Assembly (NCBI GenBank): GCA_038062015.1
Contig: JBBTXZ010000004.1
Coordinates: 1 to 57,066 of the forward strand
Length of the DNA stretch: 57,066 bases
Reading direction: 5' to 3'
From: Patescibacteria group bacterium
GTDB lineage: Bacteria > Patescibacteriota > Minisyncoccia > 2-02-FULL-40-12
Shown: positions 34,038-43,870 of the stretch, piece by piece
Layout of the letters: each line of letters begins with the position of its first letter
Position numbering within the stretch: position 1 is the first letter of the stretch
Translations under genes and position numbers: made by a program
The notes under the pieces: model-generated
Databases searched by the model: none
Told to the model about the DNA's origin: nothing
The model's input: only the letters and a program-made list of their open reading frames with translations

Positions 34038-35819
34038 ATGGCCTTATTTAAAAGAAAAACTAAAGAAGAACTGCTGCCGATAGAAAGGGCGTCAACTATT
34101 GATGAAATTTTGGCTCCATCAGCAATAAGCATTTCTTCTAATCACATCCAAGTCGGGGGGAAACTGGCCCGGACTCTTTTTATTTCCACTTATCCCCGCT
34201 ATCTTAGTACAAACTGGTTCTCGCCGGTGATTAATCTTGACCAAGAGCTGAATCTTGCTTTTTACATCCATCCAGAAGACACGGTTAACATTTTAAAAAA
34301 ATTAAGAAACCGCTTGGCGAGGCTCCAGGCCCAAGCGATTGAAGAAGGCGAAAAAGGCAAAGTCCGGGATCCGGTTTTGGAAACAGCCATTTTCGATATT
34401 GAAGCTCTGAGAGACAAGCTCCAACTGGGCACCGACCGGTTTTTCAAATTCGGGCTCTATCTCACTATTTTAGGCAAAGACCAGAAAGAACTGGAAGAAG
34501 TCGAAAAAAGAATCAGAAACAGTTTGGAATCCCAGTTGATCGTAGTTAAACCGGCGATTTTCAGGATGAAAGAAGGTTTTACTACGACTCTGCCTCTTGG
34601 CAAAGACGCCTTGACGATCAATTCCGCCCTGAACACCGAGCCAATCTCTTCCAGTTTCCCTTTTGTCTCCCATGACCTGACCCAAGACCAAGGAATACTT
34701 TATGGAATAAATATGCATAATAATTCCTTAATTCTGTTTGACCGGTTCAGTCTGGAAAATGCCAATCAGGTTGTTTTCGGGACAAGCGGCGGGGGAAAAA
34801 GTTACGCCGTCAAGCTTGAAATTCTGCGATCAATCCTTTTCGGAACCCAGATTTTCGTGATTGACCCGGAGCATGAATACAAGCACGTAGCCGAGACTCT
34901 CGGCGGCTCCTTCATTAAAATTTCAATCGCCTCGGATAGCCACATTAATCCATTTGATTTGCCGGGCCCTCGCGAAGACGAACGACCAGAAGATGTTTTC
35001 CGAAGCCATATTCTTGATTTGACCGGCTTGATGAAAGTGATGCTTGGCGACCTGTCCCCGGAAGAAGAATCAATCTTAGATGAAGCTCTGATTCAAACTT
35101 ACGCTTCTAGGGATATCTATCCGGACCAGGATTTCTCCGAAAAAGAACCGCCGCTAATGAGCGACTTTCAAAATGTTTTGGAAAACATGGCTGGAGCCGG
35201 ATCTTTAGTCATAAGAATAAAAAAATACACCGAAGGCACCTTTGCCGGGTTTTTAAACCGGCCGACCAGTGTTTCTTTGAATAATCAGCTTATAGTTTTT
35301 TCAATTCGGGACATGGAAGATGAATTAAAACCAGTGGCGATGTATCTGATTTTAAACTTTATCTGGACAAAAGTAAGAAAAGAATTAAAGAAAAGAGTTT
35401 TGGTTGTAGACGAGGCCTGGTGGCTTCTAAAAAACGACGCCGGAGCGAATTTCTTGCTAAACACGGCTAAAAGAGCAAGAAAGTATTTTTTGGGCCTGAC
35501 CACTATATCCCAAGACGTGCCTGATTTCATAAATTCACCGTTTGGCAAACCGATTGTCACTAACTCGGCCCTGCAACTTCTGATGAAACAGAATCCAGCC
35601 GGAATTGAAACAGTCAAAGAAACATTTAACCTTACCGAAGCAGAGAAAATCGCTCTTCTCGGTTCCCGGGTCGGCCATGGCCTCTTTTTTGCCGGAACGA
35701 GCCACGCCGCCTTAAGAGTGGTGGCCTCGTATACCGAAGACCAGATCATTACTTCTGATCCCCGGCAGATATTAGAAATCCAAGAAGCCAAGAAAGAATG
35801 GCTAAAGAATAAAAAATAA
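34038..35819 (+). CDS. VirB4/TraC/TrsE-like type IV secretion ATPase
   Basis: Walker A FGTSGGGKSY, Walker B VLVVDEAWWLL, typical N-terminal YPRYLSTNWFSPV segment. Confidence 0.88.
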   Translation: MALFKRKTKEELLPIERASTIDEILAPSAISISSNHIQVGGKLARTLFISTYPRYLSTNWFSPVINLDQELNLAFYIHPEDTVNILKKLRNRLARLQAQAIEEGEKGKVRDPVLETAIFDIEALRDKLQLGTDRFFKFGLYLTILGKDQKELEEVEKRIRNSLESQLIVVKPAIFRMKEGFTTTLPLGKDALTINSALNTEPISSSFPFVSHDLTQDQGILYGINMHNNSLILFDRFSLENANQVVFGTSGGGKSYAVKLEILRSILFGTQIFVIDPEHEYKHVAETLGGSFIKISIASDSHINPFDLPGPREDERPEDVFRSHILDLTGLMKVMLGDLSPEEESILDEALIQTYASRDIYPDQDFSEKEPPLMSDFQNVLENMAGAGSLVIRIKKYTEGTFAGFLNRPTSVSLNNQLIVFSIRDMEDELKPVAMYLILNFIWTKVRKELKKRVLVVDEAWWLLKNDAGANFLLNTAKRARKYFLGLTTISQDVPDFINSPFGKPIVTNSALQLLMKQNPAGIETVKETFNLTEAEKIALLGSRVGHGLFFAGTSHAALRVVASYTEDQIITSDPRQILEIQEAKKEWLKNKK

Positions 35820-35829
35820 TTTCGATATA

Positions 35830-36663
35830 TTGAATCTAGCTATGACTGACGTCAGAAAAAATTTAATTATTATAATCTTTCTTTTAACGGGGGCTGTAAT
35901 TATCCTTTTATTTCTTAATCTCAATTCTTCGTGGGAAAAACAAAGAGCGGAAATTCTTGATAGCTATTCTGCTCCGGCAAATCTGCCGAAAAGAATTTCG
36001 AGAGGTCCGGTAAATTTTTTTGAGCCACAGGGTTCTAAAGTAATTTTTTACGAAGAATCAGATTCCACTATCTATGAAGCTGGTCTTGACGGAAAAAACA
36101 AAAAAGAATTAGCTCGAATTCCGGGCGTCACGAAAATAGTTTTTAGTCCGTCGGGCTACGAACTCGTAGCCACTGTATCAGAAAAAAATACTTTAAAAAA
36201 TTATTATTTTGACTTAAAAAATAGCAAAAGGGCAGAACTGCCCAAAGACGCGGAAGATATCGTTTTTTCTCCTGACGCCAGGAAAATAGCTTACTATTTT
36301 TATAATGCCAAAATCGGAGAAGGCAACATCTTAATAGCCAATCCTGACGGTTCTGATTCTAAAACTATTTTCAGAACCAGAATCAAAAACCCGATTCTAA
36401 TCTGGTCCCAAAATAACCTGATAGTTTTTTATTTAAAAGAAGAAGACAATCAATCTTTAGCCTTCTCAGTAAGGCCGGATGGGAAAGGCTTTCAAAGGCT
36501 GACCGAAGAAGAACTAGCTCTTTACACCAGCCGAGAAATAGATGAAATAAGCGCTTTTAAAGAACTGGGAATTAAAACGGCTGCTGTAAAAATCAGCCTC
36601 CTAAAAGACAATTTAATATTTCTAAACGCCAAAGACGGAAAACTATACTCTCTTGGGTTTTAG
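35830..36663 (+). CDS. TolB-like beta-propeller (PD40 repeat) periplasmic/extracytoplasmic protein
   Basis: TM anchor plus repeated IVFSPSGYELVA / IVFSPDARKIAYYF PD40-like blades. Confidence 0.6.
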   Translation: MNLAMTDVRKNLIIIIFLLTGAVIILLFLNLNSSWEKQRAEILDSYSAPANLPKRISRGPVNFFEPQGSKVIFYEESDSTIYEAGLDGKNKKELARIPGVTKIVFSPSGYELVATVSEKNTLKNYYFDLKNSKRAELPKDAEDIVFSPDARKIAYYFYNAKIGEGNILIANPDGSDSKTIFRTRIKNPILIWSQNNLIVFYLKEEDNQSLAFSVRPDGKGFQRLTEEELALYTSREIDEISAFKELGIKTAAVKISLLKDNLIFLNAKDGKLYSLGF

Positions 36664-37926
36664 CGCTTCTTTAAAATCCCTGAATGCTCTTTTTATATCC
36701 GGCCTGAAACCGATTTTTTTATAAAGAACTAAAAACATCATCACTGTAACTAGAATTTCAGTCATTAGGGTAGTGTAAGAAGCGCCGATATAGGAGTAAC
36801 GCGGTATCACTAAAAAATTTCCAAAAATATTCAAAACCGCACCGGAAAGATAAATCCACATTCCGGTCTTTTGAAGGTTCATAGCAATTAAAGCCTTGCC
36901 GCCCAAATTATTTAAAAAAACCATACCGACGACTAGAGCCAGGATTTTTAACGGCTGGACTGAAGCCAAAAATTCCTCTCCGCCAAGAATTAAGACAACT
37001 GGTTCGGCGAAAATAATCAGAAAAACAACCACTAAAACAGCCATTACCAAAAGAATATTAAAAATCTTTTTGAAAATCTGGCTAAAAATTTCTGTCCTAA
37101 AAGCAGAACTGGAGAATGAAGGCATGGTCAATTCTACTAATAAGGCCGGAAAAAAAACAATGGTTTCCAAGACTTTAGCCGCCAGTCGATAAATCCCGAC
37201 ATCTGAAATCGGCTTCATTAAAGAAAGCATCAAGGCGTCGGTTCTGATATAAATCGCAGTGAATAAAATCGAAAGAGCTACCGGTAAGGAAGTTTTTAGA
37301 ATTTTTTTAATATAGCTAAAATCTAAAACCAAACCGAATCTGATGAACCGGCGGGAAAGAAAAAATACGATTATGAACTGGGCGCCGGCAGTCAAAGAAA
37401 GAATCCAGACAAAAGACAATAATCCCAATCCGGCTTTAACGGCATAGAAAACAAGGCCCAGCTGGATTAATCTGGTTAAAACATCGGAAAAAGAAACGAA
37501 ATAAAAAGTTTCGTATTTTTGAAAAATTCCTCCGAGTATCTGGCTTAAAGAAGAAAAAAGAACAAAAATTGAAGCGATTAAAATTCCATTTTTTATTTCT
37601 TTGGAATAGGGCAAGAAGAAACTGATGGATAGAGCAAAAATCATGACTAAAACCAAAGAGATAAACCGGAGAAAGAAGATATTCCCGGAAATGAATTTCT
37701 CATTGTCCGGATAACGGGAAATTTCCCGGACATGAATTACGTGAAGGCCGAAATCAGCCAGAATCGTAAAAATAAAAAGATATGAAAGGACGGTTTCGTA
37801 AGCGCCGAATCCAACTTGACCCAAGTGCCGGGTCAAAAAACCGATAATAATCAGTCCGATTACTGCGGTGATAATTCTGGAAATAGAAGCAATAAAAAAA
37901 TTTTTGTAGACTCCATGTAAATTCAT
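36643..37926 (-). CDS. polysaccharide/lipid-linked oligosaccharide flippase (MOP superfamily, Wzx/MurJ-like)
   Basis: 427 aa with about 12 hydrophobic helices and a typical N-terminal motif region. Confidence 0.7.
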   Translation of the reverse strand: MNLHGVYKNFFIASISRIITAVIGLIIIGFLTRHLGQVGFGAYETVLSYLFIFTILADFGLHVIHVREISRYPDNEKFISGNIFFLRFISLVLVMIFALSISFFLPYSKEIKNGILIASIFVLFSSLSQILGGIFQKYETFYFVSFSDVLTRLIQLGLVFYAVKAGLGLLSFVWILSLTAGAQFIIVFFLSRRFIRFGLVLDFSYIKKILKTSLPVALSILFTAIYIRTDALMLSLMKPISDVGIYRLAAKVLETIVFFPALLVELTMPSFSSSAFRTEIFSQIFKKIFNILLVMAVLVVVFLIIFAEPVVLILGGEEFLASVQPLKILALVVGMVFLNNLGGKALIAMNLQKTGMWIYLSGAVLNIFGNFLVIPRYSYIGASYTTLMTEILVTVMMFLVLYKKIGFRPDIKRAFRDFKEALKPKRV

Positions 37927-37951
37927 AAAAAGGGTCTTCCCCCTTAATTAC

Positions 37952-38476
37952 TTAGATATCAACCGGCTTTATCACCACTCTCCGCTTAGGCTCTTCGCCG
38001 ATGCTCTCAGTTTTCACATCGGTCCAGCCGGCTAATTCTAAATGAACAAGCCTTCTCTCATAGGCCGACATCGGCCTTAAAACAAAAAATTTTTGAGTGG
38101 TTTGGACTCTTTCCGCCACCAATCTGGCTAATTCTAATATCTGGCCGTTTCTTTTCTCTAAAAAATTGTTTAAATCCAAAACCAAACCCACCTTCTGCCC
38201 CGGGCCCTTTTTCTGATCTAGCCCCTTTAGGGCAATCAACCTGACGATATATTCAAGGGCTTTTAGATTTCTGCCCTTGTCATCAAGTAATAGGGAACAA
38301 TCGTCGTCCGATTTTAGTTTAACTATAAATATCTCCTGCCCCTCCGGACTTTTGTGCTTTTCGAAGCTTAAATTTTCAAAACTAAAACCTATTCTTTTAA
38401 AAAGATCTTCAACGGTCCGGTGAATTAAATTTTCCATTTGGTCCTCCATGAATTTTATTAATATAGGCCTGCTCAA
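37952..38476 (-). CDS. jag: Jag/KhpB-like R3H-domain RNA-binding protein
   Basis: KH-like plus R3H motif (ERRLVHLEL). Conserved position after yidC. The start may be an internal Met (38449 or 38437). Confidence 0.8.
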   Translation of the reverse strand: MSRPILIKFMEDQMENLIHRTVEDLFKRIGFSFENLSFEKHKSPEGQEIFIVKLKSDDDCSLLLDDKGRNLKALEYIVRLIALKGLDQKKGPGQKVGLVLDLNNFLEKRNGQILELARLVAERVQTTQKFFVLRPMSAYERRLVHLELAGWTDVKTESIGEEPKRRVVIKPVDI

Positions 38477-39152
38477 TAATTGAAAATAGGGTCGTAGTTA
38501 TCCAGTAAAGAGGCAGGCCGGCTGGAAAACTCATTGAAATTATTATAGTGATTATCGGGAAAAAATACAACATTTGGTGGTTTATGGCGCCGAGAGGATT
38601 GGCAGTTTGATCTCTTGGGGCGGCGGAACTTTTCGAAAAAGAGGAACTCATCTTAGTTTGCCAAAACTGAACGGCGCCGGCAATCACGGACAGTAGAATA
38701 TTTCTTTTAGTCAGATTGATAAACCCGAGAGATGTTGAATTTAAAAAATCGGGGTTTTTTATAAAATCATACAAAACCGAGAGAGAGTTTTCTTCAAATC
38801 CAGCCACAGAAACCCGATAAAGAGCGATTAAAATGGGTAATTGAATCAAAAGGGGGAAACACCCGGAAAAAGGATTAACTTTGTGCCGGCGATAAAGCCC
38901 CATTACTTCTTGGGTCTGTTTTTGGGCATCATTTTTGAATTTTTCCTGAACTTCTTTTATTTTCGGCTGAAGTTCGGCCAAAGCTTTTTGAGACTTGATG
39001 GTTTTAACCGAAAGAGGACTTAATAAAAGCCTGATAATTAAGGTTAGTAAAATTATGGCTATTCCAAAATCATTAAAAGCAACTGTGTTGTATAAAAAAA
39101 CAAGTAAATTGAAAAATGGGGCATATAAAACTGTGTTGAATAGTCCGCTCAT
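38409..39152 (-). CDS. yidC: membrane protein insertase YidC (short form)
   Basis: [37 protein letters not shown]. Confidence 0.9.
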   Translation of the reverse strand: MSGLFNTVLYAPFFNLLVFLYNTVAFNDFGIAIILLTLIIRLLLSPLSVKTIKSQKALAELQPKIKEVQEKFKNDAQKQTQEVMGLYRRHKVNPFSGCFPLLIQLPILIALYRVSVAGFEENSLSVLYDFIKNPDFLNSTSLGFINLTKRNILLSVIAGAVQFWQTKMSSSFSKSSAAPRDQTANPLGAINHQMLYFFPIITIIISMSFPAGLPLYWITTTLFSIIEQAYINKIHGGPNGKFNSPDR

Positions 39153-39367
39153 GGAAAATCAACTCCGCCTCTTGTCCAGGGTCCGCACTTTAAAATTCTT
39201 AAGCCGGACTTCAATAATCCTGTCCAAAAACCGTATTTTTCAATAACTGCCAGAGAATACTCCGAACATGAGGGATAGAACCGGCAACCGCTTAAAGAAC
39301 CGAAAAAACTTTGGTTAGGCGAGATAGTTTTTTGATAAAATTTTATTAATTTAACTATTATTTTCAT
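39149..39367 (-). CDS. yidD: membrane protein insertion efficiency factor YidD
   Basis: [19 protein letters not shown]...GPWTRGGVD. Confidence 0.9.
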   Translation of the reverse strand: MKIIVKLIKFYQKTISPNQSFFGSLSGCRFYPSCSEYSLAVIEKYGFWTGLLKSGLRILKCGPWTRGGVDFP

Positions 39368-39702
39368 CGGCCGATTTTAATCAAACTGTTTATTAAAGCT
39401 TCTTCTAGGTTTCTAGGTTCTTCATTAGCCGCTTGGGGTTTTACTATTACTATAATAAAATAGCCGGGCTTTATTTTTAAGAGATTGAGCCTTATGATTT
39501 CACTTATCCTTCTTTTAATCTTATTCCTGACAACGGCTTTTTTGGAAACTTTTAATCCAATGATAAAAGCAAATTTTTTTAGGCCGGGAGCGGCCGGGAT
39601 AAATTTTATTTTAAAAAATCCGGAATTAAAGCTTTTACCTTTTTTGAAGACTTCTTTAATTTGATTACTATTTGAAAAGCGGTATTTTGAAGGCAGGGCC
39701 AC
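39364..39702 (-). CDS. rnpA: ribonuclease P protein component
   Basis: [21 protein letters not shown]-like motif. Lies downstream of rpmH. Confidence 0.88.
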   Translation of the reverse strand: MALPSKYRFSNSNQIKEVFKKGKSFNSGFFKIKFIPAAPGLKKFAFIIGLKVSKKAVVRNKIKRRISEIIRLNLLKIKPGYFIIVIVKPQAANEEPRNLEEALINSLIKIGR

Positions 39703-39736
39703 AATAAAAAATATCGATATGTCGATACATTAATAT

Positions 39737-39886
39737 TCAGTATTCAACAACTAATCTTTTTCTGCCCTTTCTCATTCTTCTTTTTAAAACCTTGCGGCCA
39801 GCCCTGGTCAGCTTTCGCGACCGAAAACCATGCTTTTTTATCCTTTTTTTATTTGAGGGGTGATAGGTTAATGCCTTTGATTTCAT
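39737..39886 (-). CDS. rpmH: 50S ribosomal protein L34
   Basis: Hand translation [49 protein letters not shown]. Too short for the ORF track. Confidence 0.88.
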   Translation of the reverse strand: MKSKALTYHPSNKKRIKKHGFRSRKLTRAGRKVLKRRMRKGRKRLVVEY

Positions 39887-40105
39887 ATTTTTAAACTAAC
39901 CTTTTTCTTTTATCGGGTCAATTGTCTAATTTGACAATTAACGATATGGTTGGTTTAACAGTCAACTTACTATCAACAAAATCTCAACATAATTAAACTG
40001 TTATATGGGGTGACGGTAAAATAAGATTACTAAACAAAGCCAGTACCGAAATTTTGATATGTCGATTAGTTGATATTTCGACATCGACATCTCGATATAT
40101 TTGTT

Positions 40106-41476
40106 ATGACCAACCTGACCAACGAGGAAATTTGGAAAAATGTTCTAGGTGAAATGGAAATATCACTAAGTAGGGCCAGTTTTGTCACCTGGTTTAAAGA
40201 CACAAGGATTGTCTCCAAAGAAAACGGCCAGGTCATTATTAGTGTTCCAAATGGTTTTGTCAAAGAATGGGTTCAGAATAAATTCAATAAAAAAATCTTC
40301 CAATCCCTTAAACAGGTAGACAATGATATTAAAGAAATAAATTATGTTGTGGGAAATCCTTTTATTAAGGCTCCTGATTCAAAAATTCTGACTAGGGAGA
40401 TTCAGCTTGAACAAATCCAAGAAAGCGCCCCCGATACGGATATTGACCCGAAAACAAATCTCAATAAAAAATATACCCTTGATAATTTTGTTGTTGGCTC
40501 AAATAACGAACTGGCTCACGCAGCCAGTCTGGCCGTGGTTAAAACCCTCGGCCGGGCTTATAACCCCCTCTTTTTATACGGCGGGGTGGGGCTCGGCAAA
40601 ACCCATCTCCTTCAGGGTATCGCCAATAAGATATTAAAAGAGAATCCGGACAAAAGGGTGATTTACCTTCCGGCTGAAAAAATGGTTACTGAAATCATCG
40701 AAGGCATAAAAAATAAAACAGTAGAGGAAATAAAAATGAAATATGCCCAGAAAGATGTTTTAATAGTCGATGATATCCAGTTTTTAGCAGCCAAAGAAGC
40801 AACTCAAGATATATTCTTCGCCACTTTTAATAATCTTTACAATCTGAATAAGCAGATAATTTTGTCATCTGATCGCCCCCCCAAGGCTCTTTCAGCTATT
40901 GAAGAAAGGTTAAAATCAAGATTTGAAGGCGGAATGATCGCCGATATCGGAATCCCTGATTATGAAACAAGGTTGGCTATTTTAAAAATTAAAATGAAGA
41001 ATAAACCAGTCTCTTTACCGGATGAAGTTCTTCAGTATATTGCCACAAACATTCAGAAAAATATAAGAGAACTGGAGGGAGCATTAAATAGAATTATTGC
41101 CGTAATTGACCTGACCGGAAGAGAACCAAATCTAAAAGATATTGAAAAACTACTAAAAGCTTATGTCCAAGCAAGTTATAGAAAGACAAGCGCCCAAACT
41201 ATAATTAAAACTGTCTGTGATTTTTATGGCATTTCTTTAAGTGAACTGCTTAAAAAAAGCAGAAAAACTTTTCTGGTTAAGCCGCGTCAAATAGCCATGT
41301 ATCTTTTAAGAGAAGACACTAAGGCTTCTTTCCCTGATATTGGAAGCCGTCTTGGCGGGAAAGACCATTCAACGGTTATTCATGCTTACCGCAAAATCAT
41401 TGAAGAAACTGATAATAATGAGGGGTTAAAACAGGAAATAAATTTAATCAGGGAGAGGATTTATAATAAAACTTGA
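40106..41476 (+). CDS. dnaA: chromosomal replication initiator DnaA
   Basis: GGVGLGKTHLLQ, LIVDDIQFL, C-terminal DNA-binding domain (RQIAMYLLRE...GGKDHSTVIHA). Confidence 0.95.
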   Translation: MTNLTNEEIWKNVLGEMEISLSRASFVTWFKDTRIVSKENGQVIISVPNGFVKEWVQNKFNKKIFQSLKQVDNDIKEINYVVGNPFIKAPDSKILTREIQLEQIQESAPDTDIDPKTNLNKKYTLDNFVVGSNNELAHAASLAVVKTLGRAYNPLFLYGGVGLGKTHLLQGIANKILKENPDKRVIYLPAEKMVTEIIEGIKNKTVEEIKMKYAQKDVLIVDDIQFLAAKEATQDIFFATFNNLYNLNKQIILSSDRPPKALSAIEERLKSRFEGGMIADIGIPDYETRLAILKIKMKNKPVSLPDEVLQYIATNIQKNIRELEGALNRIIAVIDLTGREPNLKDIEKLLKAYVQASYRKTSAQTIIKTVCDFYGISLSELLKKSRKTFLVKPRQIAMYLLREDTKASFPDIGSRLGGKDHSTVIHAYRKIIEETDNNEGLKQEINLIRERIYNKT

Positions 41477-41675
41477 TAAGAAGTTGATTAATATTTAATA
41501 TTCTGGGAATAAAAATTCAAGAAATTATAAATTCAATTTTTTTTCAGATTTAATTAATCAAATTATTAATAGTTTATCAATAAGATTTAATTGGGAAATT
41601 TTATAGACTGAATATGAAAAATCTAAAAAGACAATAAGTTTTCCACAAAGCTTATTACTATTATTTGTTAAATTA
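41477..41675. other. candidate oriC / DNA-unwinding region between dnaA and dnaN
   Basis: 199-bp, very AT-rich spacer. DnaA-box-like TTTTCCACA at 41639-41647 (one mismatch to TTATCCACA). Classical dnaA-dnaN position. Confidence 0.5.
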
Positions 41676-42776
41676 ATGAAATTTGTAACAACAACAAGAA
41701 AAATTCAAGAAGGTTTAAATATTATTAAAAATATTACCGGCAAAAATTTAAATCTGCCTATTTTAAATACAATTTTAATGACCGCTAAAAACAATCAGGT
41801 TAATTTTTCAACAACAAATCTCGAGTTAGGTATTAACTATTATTTAAACACGCCAATTGAAAATGAAGGAAAAGTAGCTATTCCTTCAAAAATAATCACC
41901 GATTTTGTCTCCAATATTAAAGACGAGAAAATTGAAATTTCTTTAAAAGACAATATTCTAAACATTCAGAGTAATAATTTTAAAACAAAATTAATATGTT
42001 TTGACCCAAAAGATTTCCCCCTGATTCCAAAACTAAAAAAAGATTCACCAATTGTTTTATCGCCTAGAGTGCTAAAAAATGCTTTAAGTTCAGTGTTTGA
42101 CTCAATTTCCCTATCTCAAACAAGGCCGGAGTTGGGAGGGGTGTTTATTAACTTAAATAAAGGCAGGATTTATTTTGCTTCAACGGACAGTTTTAGGCTA
42201 ACTGAAAAAATAATTAACACCCCATGCCTTAAAAATATCTCAGTTATAGTTCCAAGAAACACAGTGGCCGAGTTAATAAGAATTTTATCTGATTATGAAA
42301 AAGATGTTTTAGTGAGTATAGAGGAAAATCAAATTCAAATTTCTTCTGATGATTTTGATATTATTTCAAGACTCATTGATGGTCACTACCCCGATTATCA
42401 AAGGGTTATTCCTTTAAAATCTATTTCTCAAATCCTATTTAAAAAAGAAGATCTGCAGAACAATATCAGGCTGGCTGGCCTGTTTTCAAGTAATATAAAC
42501 GACATAGGATTAAGAATTGATAAAAAAGAAGCAGTGGTATTTTCAAAAAATTCTGACCGGGGCGAATTTAATTCAAGAATAAAAAGCAATTCCAGTATTC
42601 AAATTGAAGAGCCTTTTGAAGTTTTGCTGAACTATAGTTATCTAGCCGACGGTTTAAAAAACATACCCTCTGAAGATGTCTTATTTGAGTATACTGGAGA
42701 GGGCGCCCCCATTGTTTTAAAGCCAAAAGATCCAGAATTAAATTTTACTTATTTAATAATGCCTTTAAAAACATAG
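41676..42776 (+). CDS. dnaN: DNA polymerase III beta sliding clamp
   Basis: 366 aa, three-domain pattern, directly after dnaA. Confidence 0.92.
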   Translation: MKFVTTTRKIQEGLNIIKNITGKNLNLPILNTILMTAKNNQVNFSTTNLELGINYYLNTPIENEGKVAIPSKIITDFVSNIKDEKIEISLKDNILNIQSNNFKTKLICFDPKDFPLIPKLKKDSPIVLSPRVLKNALSSVFDSISLSQTRPELGGVFINLNKGRIYFASTDSFRLTEKIINTPCLKNISVIVPRNTVAELIRILSDYEKDVLVSIEENQIQISSDDFDIISRLIDGHYPDYQRVIPLKSISQILFKKEDLQNNIRLAGLFSSNINDIGLRIDKKEAVVFSKNSDRGEFNSRIKSNSSIQIEEPFEVLLNYSYLADGLKNIPSEDVLFEYTGEGAPIVLKPKDPELNFTYLIMPLKT

Positions 42777-42811
42777 TACATAGTTATTAATAAATAGCAG
42801 CCTAAGCTTAA

Positions 42812-43870
42812 ATGGAGATAATCACTTTTGGCGATAAAGATAAAAAGCGATATGATGATTTTCTGTTTAATTCAAAATATAAAGATATTCTTCAATCTTG
42901 GGAATGGGGGGACGTAAAATCAAAATTAAACTGGAGAGCCGAAAGGCTCGGATTTTTTAAAAAGAGGCAATTAGTTGGCTTAGTTCAGGTGTTAGAAAGA
43001 AGGCTGCCCTTCGGTTTTTCATTATTTTACATACCAAGGGGGCCGGTAATTGATTGGCAGAACCATCAGCTTGTTAAAGAAATAATTATTTGTCTCAAGG
43101 AAGATTTCAGAGAAAAGATAAAAAATAATAAAACCCTTTTTTTAAGACTGGAGCCGCCAGTCGAAAAAAATGAAGAGCTGTTAATAGTATTCAAAGATCT
43201 GGGTTTTAAAAATTATTTTAAAACTATTCAGCCGCCCAAAACCCTGCTAATAGACCTTAATTTGTCTGAAGATGAGTTAATTAAAAGATTTAGGAGAACA
43301 GCTAGAAACTTAATCCATCGTTCCGAGAAAGAGGGAATAATACTTGAGGCTTTTACCGGCAGTCAAATAACCAGTGATTATTTAAAGGGATTTTATAATC
43401 TTTATCGGTCAACCGGAGAGAGATTCTCGTTTCCATTGAGGCCCTATAAGCAATTTTTAATTCTAAAAGAAGCTATGGGTGGAGCAGGAATGATAAAACT
43501 ATATATCGCTAAAATTAAAGGTTTAATTTTAGCCTACGGAATTGTTCTTTTATGCGGAGAAAAAGCTTTTTATATCTGGGGCGGAACCGGAAGACACCAG
43601 GACTACAGTAAATTTTTCAACTATGGTTATATTTGGGGCATGCTCAAGGATTTAAAAAGGGAAGGAATAAAGATTTTTGATTTCTGGGGGCTTGGGCCAG
43701 AGAATGATCCGAATCATCCCTGGTCTGGCTTTACTCTTTTTAAAACAGCCTTTGACGGCAATCGTTTTGATTACCTTGGAACTTTTGATTTGCCGATTTC
43801 GCGATTTTATCCTTTATTTAAATTGACTGATAAAATAATGACTCCTAAGTATAGGGCCACAAGCAGTTAG
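42812..43870 (+). CDS. FemAB-family peptidoglycan interpeptide-bridge aminoacyltransferase
   Basis: QSWEWGDVK, FYIPRGP, two GNAT-like halves. Adjacent to a class A PBP. Confidence 0.75.
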   Translation: MEIITFGDKDKKRYDDFLFNSKYKDILQSWEWGDVKSKLNWRAERLGFFKKRQLVGLVQVLERRLPFGFSLFYIPRGPVIDWQNHQLVKEIIICLKEDFREKIKNNKTLFLRLEPPVEKNEELLIVFKDLGFKNYFKTIQPPKTLLIDLNLSEDELIKRFRRTARNLIHRSEKEGIILEAFTGSQITSDYLKGFYNLYRSTGERFSFPLRPYKQFLILKEAMGGAGMIKLYIAKIKGLILAYGIVLLCGEKAFYIWGGTGRHQDYSKFFNYGYIWGMLKDLKREGIKIFDFWGLGPENDPNHPWSGFTLFKTAFDGNRFDYLGTFDLPISRFYPLFKLTDKIMTPKYRATSS

